DNA of 64,000 nucleotides. Origin: Candidatus Poribacteria bacterium (lineage in GTDB: Bacteria > Poribacteria > WGA-4E > WGA-3G). The position numbers and the translations under genes are program-made. Below the pieces are notes generated by a model. The model saw only the letters and a list, made by a program, of their open reading frames with translations. It searched no databases and was not told the origin of the DNA. Position 1 is the stretch's first letter. The number at the start of each line of letters is the position of its first letter. Below are positions 1-9,134 of this stretch, in pieces. Location of the stretch: NCBI GenBank assembly GCA_963663765.2, contig CAXXUA010000005.1:768001-832000 (forward strand), in the 5' to 3' direction.

Positions 1-16
1 GATTTACACTTATTGC

Positions 17-502
17 CTAATACGGCACACGCATACCCCGATAAAAATCAGGTTCCATATAATCTTTTCGCAGCGGGTATCCTTCCCAGTCATCAGGAAG
101 TAAGATACGGCGGAGATCGGTATGTCCTTCAAAGAAAATACCGTATAGGTCATAAGCTTCGCGTTCGTGCCAATCTGCAGTTTTCCAAATATGTGAAACG
201 GTCGGAAGCTGCGCTTCAGTTTTTGGCATGGAGGTCTTCAGAACCACATTATGCCGATGTCGTAAAGAATGGAGATGGTATACAACGGAGAATTCTTCAT
301 CCTTGGTGCTCAAATCAAGACCACTCAAACACATCAATGAATTGAACGCCAACGAGTCAGTTTCTACAAGATATTTGCACACGTCTGCAATAGCTGCGGG
401 GGTGATGAGAATGTTTGGGTCTCCAACAAGTTCAGTATCAAAACCGAGGACAGCGTCACCAAACTGATCGGTAAGGATTTTATATATTTCTTCTGGGTTC
501 AC
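17..502 (-). CDS. nuoC: NADH-quinone oxidoreductase subunit C
   Basis: ADWHEREAYDLYGIFFEGH...RRILLPDDWEGYPLRKDY motif; follows nuoA and nuoB. Confidence 0.95.
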   Translation of the reverse strand: MNPEEIYKILTDQFGDAVLGFDTELVGDPNILITPAAIADVCKYLVETDSLAFNSLMCLSGLDLSTKDEEFSVVYHLHSLRHRHNVVLKTSMPKTEAQLPTVSHIWKTADWHEREAYDLYGIFFEGHTDLRRILLPDDWEGYPLRKDYMEPDFYRGMRVPY

Positions 503-540
503 GTATTATTCTTCTCCAAATCAAATGAAATAGCACTGTT

Positions 541-1170
541 TTATGCAGTTTGTACTTCGTTCTCGTCTTCAGATGTCGGCACGTCAGACTCTACATTAAT
601 ATCTTCTGTCCCCTTATCCATATCTTCAGTTTTTTCAAGTTCGTACCATTCTGTTTTGGTGAATAGTCTTTTTAGGAAAGGCACATTTGTGCGTTTTGCA
701 ATGGTCTGCGTTTTGATTTTCTCTTGTAGTTTCAGTAGTCCTTCAATAAGTGCCTCTGGACGTGGAGGACAACCGGGAACATATACATCAACAGGGATAA
801 TCCTATCTACACCTTTAAGAACGTGATATCCGTGTTGCCAGTATGGACCGCCACTTGTTGCGCAGCTGCCCATTGAGATGACATACTTCGGTTCAGGCAT
901 CTGTTCATATAGACGTTTGATTCGAGTAGCCATTTTCAGTGTCACTGTACCAGAAATCACCATTAAATCAGATTGTCGGGGTGTTGCGCGAGGCACACCT
1001 GCTCCAAATCTGTCCAAATCGTAGTTTGAAGCAGCAGCTGCCATGAACTCAATGGCACAACAAGCCAAACCGAAGGTCATCGGCCAGAGTGCAGAGGAAC
1101 GCGCCCAGTTCGCAACAGCATCAACTGAAGTCACGATTATGTTCTTGTCTAATTTCTCATCAATTATCAT
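541..1170 (-). CDS. nuoB: NADH-quinone oxidoreductase subunit B
   Basis: [15 protein letters not shown] and VPGCPPRPE Fe-S motifs. Confidence 0.97.
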   Translation of the reverse strand: MIIDEKLDKNIIVTSVDAVANWARSSALWPMTFGLACCAIEFMAAAASNYDLDRFGAGVPRATPRQSDLMVISGTVTLKMATRIKRLYEQMPEPKYVISMGSCATSGGPYWQHGYHVLKGVDRIIPVDVYVPGCPPRPEALIEGLLKLQEKIKTQTIAKRTNVPFLKRLFTKTEWYELEKTEDMDKGTEDINVESDVPTSEDENEVQTA

Positions 1171-1570
1171 AACTTTCCTCCCGCTGTATAGATTGGACTT
1201 CTAACTGCGTGGATCTGATCCACTCAAGGTCACCTTTTGCCCAGACATAAGCAAGACCGACTAACAGGATAGCGATAAAAACAAGCATTTCCACAAACGC
1301 AAAGAGGCCTAACTTTCGGAACACAACTGCCCACGGAAGAAGGAATACGACTTCCACGTCAAAGATTAAGAAGATGAGCGCGATAACGTAAAAACGGGTG
1401 TTGAACTTAATCCGTGTGTCGCCAATCGGATCTTCCCCGCATTCGTAGGGGATATATTTTTCACCTGAAAACAACTTTGTATGTAATAGGCGAGAAATAG
1501 TAAGGTTTAGGACAACAAACAGACAACCGACAACTAAGAAAATCAGAACATTTGCAAAATTAAAGAGCAT
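1160..1570 (-). CDS. nuoA: NADH-quinone oxidoreductase subunit A
   Basis: PYECGEDP and FLIFDVE motifs, three TM helices. Confidence 0.97.
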   Translation of the reverse strand: MLFNFANVLIFLVVGCLFVVLNLTISRLLHTKLFSGEKYIPYECGEDPIGDTRIKFNTRFYVIALIFLIFDVEVVFLLPWAVVFRKLGLFAFVEMLVFIAILLVGLAYVWAKGDLEWIRSTQLEVQSIQREESYDN

Positions 1571-1824
1571 GTAAACTTGCCTTTATTTAGGAAGTAAGGT
1601 TTTGTCAGTCTTATTGTTATTTGAGTAGCATTTTATTGATAAAGTATATCTTAAATTTGTAGAAATTTGCAAGGAAAAAATATGCAAGTCACGCATTTCC
1701 GTTATCTGAACAAAGTGTGGTCATCTTGAAACAATAAAACATGAATGTGATTTACTTAAGGATTTATTGCTAAATTTTGTTGGAATTGGTATAAGGGTGT
1801 GTAAAATTTTTCTCCATAGCCGAG

Positions 1825-2191
1825 CTTTGTAAGCGCGCACCGAACGGTAGGCGTGCTTTGTAAGCGCGCCCCACAACTGCAGGCGTGCTTTGTAAGCGCG
1901 CCCCACAACTGCAGGCGTGCTTTGTAAGCGCGCCCCACAACTGCAGGCGTGCTTTGTAAGCGCGCCCCGTTGATTTGGTGCTTTGTAAGCGCACCCCCGA
2001 TGGTAGGCGGGGAATGCCTAAATGGCATTCATACCGTTGATTTGGTGCTTTGTAAGCGCGCTCCCCAACTGCAGGCGTGCTTTGTAAGCGCGCCCCCCAA
2101 CTGCAGGCGTGCTTTGTAAGCGCACCCCCCAACTGCAGGCGTGCTTTGTAAGCGCACCCCCCAACTGCAGGCGTGCTTTGTAAGCGCACCC
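1825..2191 (+). repeat. Head-to-tail array of ~32-bp REP-like units (GCAGGCGTGCTTTGTAAGCGCGCCCCACAACT)
   Basis: About 10 near-identical copies; same family at 46467-47023 and 39541. Confidence 0.95.
2009..2044 (+). mobile_element. 36-bp hairpin micro-insertion, type 1 (GGGGAATGCCTAAATGGCATTCATACCGTTGATTTG)
   Basis: Interrupts GTAGGC|GTGCTTT; the empty version is at 1847. Other copies at 2396-2431, 12779-12813, 37199-37234, 37601-37663, 39548-39583, 44401-44433, 44562-44605. Confidence 0.85.
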
Positions 2192-2500
2192 CGATGTTAT
2201 GCGTGGGTTAGATAGAATTACAAATTCATTTATTAATCTTCATTTAGTTTCTGTCCGCATCTGCACAAACTAAATGTTTGATGCTCAAAATGTCCAAATA
2301 ATTTTATGTTTTACTATAATCGGGGTTGAAAACCCCTCCCACAAGAGGTCAAAATCCTTAAATTGACGCTTATGGGTTTCGCATACGCTCTACCCGGGGA
2401 ATGCCAATAAGGCATTCATACCGTTGATTTGGACCTACGATATAAACTTTAAGTAACACCCATTAAATGATAATTCTTAAAACTGAATAACCCTGTCCGT

Positions 2501-2994
2501 GGGGTGTGTAAAGATTTTGCACAGAGGTACAAACATTTGTTCTCTTTAGTCCCGTAGGGACGCAATGTTTATAGAAAGACGTTATCACCCCTCTCTTGAG
2601 TTCCGTAGGAACGACATAAAAGGTTAAACATATCGTCCCTACGGGAATAAAAAAGACGTGAGGATATGTATTTCTATAAACATTGCGTCCCTACGGGACT
2701 GAAGCGTATGGTTGATATTAACAATATTTCCTTATATTGACACCTAATGAAGTTTGACAATCAATCGGTAGTTGAATACGTAGGGGTTGGGTTCCCCAAC
2801 CCGTTTGGTTTTTAAGTTTGCGTAGATCGGGCGTGGCAACCACGCCCCTACGAATACACAAAATACACAACTTGAACGTCAAAACTCATTAGGGCTCTGT
2901 GCCCCGCATTCTCTCATTTAATCAGTTGGGGCGGGCACAGAGTCCCGCCCTACAATGAAGAATGAGTAGTTTGTGCAAAAATTTTACACACCCC
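2501..2994. mobile_element. MITE with TIR GGGGTGTGTAAA(G/A)(A/T)TTTTGCACA carrying several REP families and a nested MITE (~2744-2892)
   Basis: Inverted ends at 2501-2523 and 2972-2994; internal GTCCCGTAGGGAC, GTAGGGGTTGGG and GCCCTAC palindromes. Confidence 0.75.
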
Positions 2995-3009
2995 ATAAAA
3001 GTATTCCAC

Positions 3010-3038
3010 TTGCTAAAATTGTGAGAGTATGTTAATAT
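3010..3038 (+). promoter_or_regulatory. Sigma70-like promoter, probably the ancestral promoter of the VOC gene
   Basis: TTGCTA-17bp-TAATAT with extended TG. Confidence 0.45.
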
Positions 3039-3053
3039 CTCTACACATTCATT

Positions 3054-4094
3054 AGACATTATAATGATTTAGTTGCAAAGTTTAGTTAACCTCTGTTATA
3101 TTAATTACAATCTTATAAATGGAGGTTATAACATGATCATTTTTGAAAATATCAAAGACAAAGCTAATACGCTTCTATCCCTCACTGGATATACTTTAGA
3201 GGAGTTTACAGCACTATTGCCTCATTTCTCTAAGAGTTTTTTAGAGTATATGGAAACACATACACTTGATGGAAAACCGCGTAAAAATCGGAAATATAAA
3301 CCCTACAAGAATAGTTGTTTTGCTTCCCTTGAAGATATGTTGCTATTTATATTAATTTACCTTCATGAAGCTCCGAAGCAAGTTCTATTCGGCACGCTCT
3401 TTGGTATGTCTCAACCTCTTACCAATAAATGGATCCACTTGCTTTTGCCGATATTGAACACCGCATTAGCAGAACTTGGAGAGGTGCCATCTCGGGAAAC
3501 AGACCCCGCATCTCTGCGTGGTGCTTGTGAGGTATCAACTCAAAGTCAAGAAGGAGAACTTTTTTTCATGATGGTGTAGAGCGACCCATACTGCGTCCAA
3601 AAGACCCGCAAACTCAAAAGGCGTATTATAGCGGTAAAAAGAAATGCCATACAGTAAAAAACAATCTGATAATCAATGAACACTGCAAAGTCGTTTTATT
3701 GACACCTTCTTTTGAAGGAAGACACCATGACAAACGGATAGCTGATATCGTAGGTTATTGTGTGCCACCGGGAAGCACATTGTATCAAGATACCGGTTTT
3801 CAAGGGTTCGACCTTCCTGATGTAAACATTGTTCAACCGAAGAAAAAACCAAAAGGTAGAGAACTTACGGATGAAGAAAAAGAAAACAATCGGAAGATAG
3901 CATCCATACGCATACGTATTGAACATGTGATTAGTGGTATCAAAAGATACCGCATCGTCAAAGATAAACTCAGAAATTGGAAGAAAGGGTTTAGTGATTC
4001 AGTAATGGAAACCTGTTGTGCCTTACACAATTTTCGACTAAATTTCAGACCCTGGCGATATGAAACTCCTGCGATTTAATTCATTATAATGTCT
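3054..4094 (+). mobile_element. IS5-family (ISL2-like) insertion sequence
   Basis: TIR AGACATTATAATGA / TCATTATAATGTCT, 3-bp TSD ATT, split transposase. Confidence 0.9.
3133..4079 (+). CDS. IS5/ISL2-type DDE transposase in two frames (-1 shift at T7 run 3560-3566)
   Basis: ORF A is HTH-like; the -1 frame reads FFHDGVERPILRPKD...YYSGKKKCHTVKN, DTGFQG, RIRIEHVISGIKRY. Confidence 0.88.
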
Positions 4095-4197
4095 ATTATT
4101 TGATTTTTGATACATCATAAACTTGAAGGTAGAGTGACAGTATCTAAATATCTACATATTTCTTGACATTCCTTGATATTTATGTGATACTATATAC

Positions 4198-4785
4198 ATG
4201 ACTTATGTATCAGCGCGCAAAGCAAGTGAGCTGCTGGATTATACACCTGACCATTTACGGAGGTTGGCAAATGAAGGAAAGATTGATATTATCCGCACAG
4301 GAGGCGGACACAGACGCTATGATGTTGACGGATACATCAAAAGCAAATCCAAATCAATTGCAACTGTTTGCTACTGCAGAGTATCTAGCACAAAGCAAAG
4401 AGAAGACCTTGAACGACAAGTTGAATATATGCGAAGTATCTACCCCGAAGCAGAAGTTATCCGAGACATCGGAAGCGGAATCAACTTCAAAAGAAAAGGG
4501 CTTAGAACCTTATTGGAACGGCTTATGCAAGGTGATAAGCTCAAAGTTGTTATTGCCCATTGGGATAGACTCGCCCGCTTCGGTATCGACCTTATACAAT
4601 ACCTCATTGAACAAAACGGTGGCGAACTCGTGGTTCTCGATCAAACAGAACACAGTCCGCAAGAAGAACTCACGTCGGATCTTCTCGCAATCCTGCACGT
4701 CTTCAGTTGCAGAATGCACGGACTCCGAAGTTACCGTGACAAAATCAAAGAAGATAAGAGTTTATCCGACAACAGAACAACGTGA
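4198..4785 (+). CDS. tnpA: IS607 serine recombinase TnpA (MerR-like HTH + resolvase)
   Basis: RTGGGHRRY, YCRVSSTKQ, DIGSGINFKR, DRLARFG. Confidence 0.95.
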   Translation: MTYVSARKASELLDYTPDHLRRLANEGKIDIIRTGGGHRRYDVDGYIKSKSKSIATVCYCRVSSTKQREDLERQVEYMRSIYPEAEVIRDIGSGINFKRKGLRTLLERLMQGDKLKVVIAHWDRLARFGIDLIQYLIEQNGGELVVLDQTEHSPQEELTSDLLAILHVFSCRMHGLRSYRDKIKEDKSLSDNRTT

Positions 4786-5854
4786 AACACTGCGTCAGTG
4801 GTTTGGCACAGCACGTTTTACTTATAATAAAACAATTGCTTTGTTGAACGAAACAGACACAAAAGCGAATTGGAAAGCGATAAAAACAGGTATTCTTCAC
4901 GATCTTCCTGATTGGAGCAAAGAAACACCGTATCAAGTGAAATCTGTTGCTATCCGTGACGCTTGTATTGCTGTCCGAGAAGCAAAGCGAAAATGCAAGA
5001 AAACAGGTCAATATCAGTCTGTTTTTTTCAAATCCAAACGTCATCCATCAGATAGTATTTTCATACCAAAGTCTGCTATAAAACCTCGCGGTGTTTATCA
5101 CACAGTGCTTGGTGATCTCAAAATGTCAGAGATGTTACCTGATAATATCTGTGACTCACGCCTCGTGAAAGAGAATGATAAATACTATCTCTGTGTTTCC
5201 TATACTGTGACAACTCCGAAGCGAAAACCAAACGGAAGTGTTGTTGCTTTAGACCCTGGCGTGAGAACATTCCTCACATATTTCCATGAGCGTGGTTTCG
5301 GATGGCTTGGACACCATGCTATCAATCGGATTCAAAGACTTTGTTCATACCTTGATAATCTTTTATCCCGTGCAATAAAAGCGACACAACAATCACGCAA
5401 GAATATGAGACGTGCTGCAAATCGCATCAGAAAACGTATCAGATATCTTGTTGACGAGTTGCATCATAAAATAGCACGTTTCCTTGTGGATACCTTTGAT
5501 ATTATCCTACTCCCTACTTTTGAGACTTCAGATATGGTAATGCGTGGAAACCGCAAACTACACAAGAAGTCTGCCCGACAAATGTTGACACTGTCGCACT
5601 ACAGATTCAAACATTTTCTAAAGCACAAAGCGAAAGAGACTGGATGTCTCGTCATTGATGTCTGTGAAGCATACACATCAAAAACAGTGTCGTGGAATGG
5701 TGAGATTAGAAAATCACTCGGTGGACGAAAGATAATAAAAGATAGCATGGGACTCAAGATGGACAGAGACTTGAATGGCGCACGCGGGATATTTTTGCGT
5801 GCTTTGGTAGATGAACCCTGGTTGCTTTCTATAAGCAACTTGCAAACCGTATAA
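4205..5854 (+). CDS. tnpB: RNA-guided endonuclease TnpB (start uncertain; core from ~4740)
   Basis: KIRVYPT..Q, ARFTYN, ALDPGVRTF, LHHKIARFL, EAYTSKT, DRDLNGARGI. Confidence 0.92.
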   Translation: MYQRAKQVSCWIIHLTIYGGWQMKERLILSAQEADTDAMMLTDTSKANPNQLQLFATAEYLAQSKEKTLNDKLNICEVSTPKQKLSETSEAESTSKEKGLEPYWNGLCKVISSKLLLPIGIDSPASVSTLYNTSLNKTVANSWFSIKQNTVRKKNSRRIFSQSCTSSVAECTDSEVTVTKSKKIRVYPTTEQRETLRQWFGTARFTYNKTIALLNETDTKANWKAIKTGILHDLPDWSKETPYQVKSVAIRDACIAVREAKRKCKKTGQYQSVFFKSKRHPSDSIFIPKSAIKPRGVYHTVLGDLKMSEMLPDNICDSRLVKENDKYYLCVSYTVTTPKRKPNGSVVALDPGVRTFLTYFHERGFGWLGHHAINRIQRLCSYLDNLLSRAIKATQQSRKNMRRAANRIRKRIRYLVDELHHKIARFLVDTFDIILLPTFETSDMVMRGNRKLHKKSARQMLTLSHYRFKHFLKHKAKETGCLVIDVCEAYTSKTVSWNGEIRKSLGGRKIIKDSMGLKMDRDLNGARGIFLRALVDEPWLLSISNLQTV

Positions 5855-5912
5855 GATGTGAAATGCACAGCATTGCACGGAAATATACAGGTTAATATCA
5901 TCGGAGATGAAT

Positions 5913-6335
5913 ATGGCAGTATTTTTACATACACGGGTTCGCGTAAGCGATCTTGATAAATCTATTAATTGGTATTGTGATCATTTGGGGTTCAAAGTTC
6001 GTAGCAGGAGTGACAAATCCCCCGCAGGCAACCAAATTGTGCATCTGGAACTTCCGGGCAACGCACACACACTGGAATTAACCTATTCCCCTGATTTCGA
6101 TCTTCAGGTGCAGGAAGACCTAATGCATTTTGCTATCGGTGTTCCCGATCTCGTAGAATTTTGCGACGGTTTGGATAAAGCAGGTTTGGAAATTTGGCCA
6201 GATGAGTGGCGTAAACAGTTCACATCCGGTGGCATGAAGATGGCGTTCATCACGGATCCAGATGGCTACGAAGTAGAACTATTGGAACGTAAAGACGCTG
6301 CAGGTGATCAACTGGATGTCCTCAAAGAATCCTAA
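5913..6335 (+). CDS. VOC/glyoxalase I family protein
   Basis: FLHTRVRVSDL, LELTY, HFAIGV, FITDPDGYEVEL. Confidence 0.9.
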   Translation: MAVFLHTRVRVSDLDKSINWYCDHLGFKVRSRSDKSPAGNQIVHLELPGNAHTLELTYSPDFDLQVQEDLMHFAIGVPDLVEFCDGLDKAGLEIWPDEWRKQFTSGGMKMAFITDPDGYEVELLERKDAAGDQLDVLKES

Positions 6336-7147
6336 GTATAGGGCCAGAACTGATTCCATGCTGTCATCCAACCTTTTGCGTGACTTTCTACGGTGACCGG
6401 ACCTGTTATTTCAATACCCGGTCTCCCTTTGAAGTCCGCGAGTTTATCTACAGTGGACACTTCAATCTTAATTGTTGTCGGTTTGGAAGGAATGTACGGA
6501 GGAACCCTCGTTAAATCTGAGAGTGCTTCTTTGGTTGCATTTTCAATCAGTTTGCGAGCTCGCACGGGTGGGATTTGTCTTGCACTGTACTTACTGAGTC
6601 CCTTTTTGACAGCAAGTGTTGGCAATTCGTCACCGAGTAGTTCTTTTGCTTCTCTACACACAGCAGTGTCCCCAGTAACAAGTGCGATCGGAACTCCGTA
6701 ATGTCCATTGAGCGCAGCGTTGACACCTGTTTCTCCAACAAGATCATCGTTGAACCAAAGGTTTCTATATTGAACTGTAGAAATTGTATGACACAGTACG
6801 CCGTCAGGTGTGTTGTTACGGGCATGCATTCCGATAAGCAAACACGCGTCACATCCATCTTTCCACATATCCTCAAATCGTCCCCAACCGTGGTGTGCGA
6901 CCCATTCACAATCGGGATGGATTTTTTCTGGTATAAGCGAATTAAATGTCCAACCTCTCCCCGCGCCATGGCAATCAACGACAACAATCTCTGTAGCACC
7001 CGCGGCTTTTGCACCGCGCACAGCAGCGTTTATCTCTTCTGTGTAGAGAAGTCTACCCTCTTCAAACATCGCAGCACCGCCATCAACTTGATCCCACACG
7101 ACGATGCCGCTTACGCCTTCCATATCCGACATAATCAATACTCGCAC
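6332..7147 (-). CDS. dppA: D-aminopeptidase, peptidase M55 family
   Basis: SDMEGVSG, VVDCHG, IGMHA, LCHT, GETGVNA. Confidence 0.93.
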   Translation of the reverse strand: MRVLIMSDMEGVSGIVVWDQVDGGAAMFEEGRLLYTEEINAAVRGAKAAGATEIVVVDCHGAGRGWTFNSLIPEKIHPDCEWVAHHGWGRFEDMWKDGCDACLLIGMHARNNTPDGVLCHTISTVQYRNLWFNDDLVGETGVNAALNGHYGVPIALVTGDTAVCREAKELLGDELPTLAVKKGLSKYSARQIPPVRARKLIENATKEALSDLTRVPPYIPSKPTTIKIEVSTVDKLADFKGRPGIEITGPVTVESHAKGWMTAWNQFWPYT

Positions 7148-7401
7148 TACTGTTTTTTCTCCTTGCTACATAAGTTGATGTATTTGAGTTTGAGTATAAA
7201 TCAATCACAGTTTGAATGCAAGTTCAATATTGGATTTAGGTGTATAAAGTTGTTGTACATATTTCACGCAAATTCCGTTCTTAACAAGTATATTGGAAAT
7301 TTATTGGATATATATTGGTTCCAAGACCAAATAACATACAAAAAATTGTTACCATCCCTTATAATATTACTAAAAAACACATTACAACAAACATAAAAAT
7401 A

Positions 7402-7818
7402 TTATGTTTTCGACAAAAACCCTTTCAGATTAAGACAAAAGTGTTGGCATTCTCTTGTGGGAGGGGTTTTCAACCCCGAATTATCTTCCTCTTTATATAT
7501 AGCAAGTTCTAATTTTGAATCAATGCTCGTTTGGGTTCGCAGCAACTGATCTAAATTTTGTTGTATCTGAAGATAGTTGGCGCGGGCATGGTTAACCTTT
7601 TGAAATTCTATGGTTCTCTCTAAGCTTGCGATAACTTCTCGTAGAATCTCGGGTGTTTCACTCAGTTCAGTTTCTAATTGTTTGAGTTTTTCTTTCATCT
7701 CCGCAAGTTGCTGTTCAACATCGGAAGAGTCTTCATTCGCGTATGTAAAAAAAGCCAGATTGCTAAAACACAAAATTGTAATAATGAATAACAGATATCT
7801 AATCGTTTTCATTGTCAA
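7402..7818 (-). CDS. Hypothetical secreted coiled-coil protein; 3' end runs into a REP
   Basis: Signal peptide; REP GTGGGAGGGGTTTTCAACCCCG at ~7457. Confidence 0.6.
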   Translation of the reverse strand: MTMKTIRYLLFIITILCFSNLAFFTYANEDSSDVEQQLAEMKEKLKQLETELSETPEILREVIASLERTIEFQKVNHARANYLQIQQNLDQLLRTQTSIDSKLELAIYKEEDNSGLKTPPTRECQHFCLNLKGFLSKT

Positions 7819-8524
7819 CCTCCTCTAAACTCTGCATATATTGCTTGATCTCTATAGCGTCAGGACTTTCGTCAATCTCTTTAATCTGTCGACTCCATTC
7901 TTCCCATGAAATTTCACCGGATTTAAGTGCTGCATTAAGTTCGTCCTTCTGCCTATTTATCTCAAAACTTTTTTGTCCTTTAGCGTATATCTTCTGTGAT
8001 AGCTCTACTGCTTGAGTATACAGGTTTAAAGCTTCAGCATAACCTGGACTCACCTCTTCTGCTTTTTTATCGAGTTCAACAAGTTTCTCCTGCACTTTTG
8101 CCATATCTTCAGGTGTTAAATTTACTCGTTTGATTGCATAACGCTTATCATATACATGATAAATGTAATAATCTTTATCAGTTATGTCAACATCATCACC
8201 TTCAAGAAACAACGGTTTATTAGATGGTTCATCTGATACAACCGTTTGCGCTAGTGGAATTTTGGCCCAATGGTCGCCGTGTCGTACCCATTCAAATCCC
8301 GGTTCATCTTGGGGCTTTTCTTTGTTTGAGGAAAAACCCACAACTTGTGGTGTTTCTTTCTCTGGATCCACCTCAACTTCTTCGTCTTGTTGCAGGCTTT
8401 TACGAAACGCTCCAAAATCATTCATCTGATCCCTAAACTTCACGTTATCAAAGTGCATGTAAATCATAAATACTATAAAGATAACGATGAGGAACCCCAG
8501 TCCCCAAAACATTTTCTTTTCCAT
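7799..8524 (-). CDS. Hypothetical membrane-anchored protein
   Basis: N-terminal TM, GFEWVRHGDHW motif, AGGAG RBS. Confidence 0.7.
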   Translation of the reverse strand: MEKKMFWGLGFLIVIFIVFMIYMHFDNVKFRDQMNDFGAFRKSLQQDEEVEVDPEKETPQVVGFSSNKEKPQDEPGFEWVRHGDHWAKIPLAQTVVSDEPSNKPLFLEGDDVDITDKDYYIYHVYDKRYAIKRVNLTPEDMAKVQEKLVELDKKAEEVSPGYAEALNLYTQAVELSQKIYAKGQKSFEINRQKDELNAALKSGEISWEEWSRQIKEIDESPDAIEIKQYMQSLEEVDNEND

Positions 8525-8555
8525 TTCTATCTCCTTATTGTAAAAAGTTATCCTA

Positions 8556-8765
8556 CTATTTCGCTGTGTCCAGCGGGCAGGGGTTTAAAATTAAATTCGG
8601 ACAAATCGGTTTCAGTTCTTCAGGGGTACACTCATCGCAAATCCGATCCGTTTGATCGCAAATATTTTCAGTGACATCTGTGGTACCAAACAAGATAAAA
8701 CCACTTGCAAGCATCAACGTAAAAACAGTAATTATTGTAAGAAAGACTTTATAGTTCTGTTTCAC
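8556..8765 (-). CDS. Small Cys-rich exported peptide (69 aa)
   Basis: GAGGTG RBS before GTG; hydrophobic N-terminus; 5 Cys in the C-terminal half. Confidence 0.5.
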   Translation of the reverse strand: MKQNYKVFLTIITVFTLMLASGFILFGTTDVTENICDQTDRICDECTPEELKPICPNLILNPCPLDTAK

Positions 8766-9134
8766 ATTACACCTCACTATTATATCATAAATCAGCAATT
8801 TTAAAAATTCCAATATGACTTATTCCACAAAACAACGTACTTCCCCCTTGCAACAGCAAAAGTCCGCGAAAAAAACACTGTCTTGACGAAGTGCGCGCGA
8901 ACATAGTAACCAAGAAAACCTGTAGGTTTTCTAACGTTATCCTGCAGTATGTTTTTGACACAACCAACAAATGCAATAAAATAATTAATGGATATGAAGT
9001 GCAGGGGGGGCAAGTTAAGATGAAATTTTCTGTGTATAGTGAATTGATAATTTGCATAGATGGTAAACGACTTACAGATTTGTTTCTCATTAGATTAATA
9101 AAAAGTGTAATGAAAATGACAGAACATAATTCCT

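Larger units (their letters stand above)
4130..5904 (+). mobile_element. IS607-family element (tnpA + tnpB)
   Basis: GG at both junctions; removing it restores AAGGAG-atgaat-ATG of the downstream gene. Confidence 0.85.

Noticed and set aside
2036-2044. GTTGATTTG tail as an integron attC core site
   Set aside because: Does not fit GTTRRRY, has no inverse core, and there is no integrase or cassette structure
1825-2191. CRISPR array (also 36785-36960, 46467-46980, 54283-54461)
   Set aside because: Units are contiguous with short near-identical linkers, no unique spacers and no cas genes; they are REP tandems
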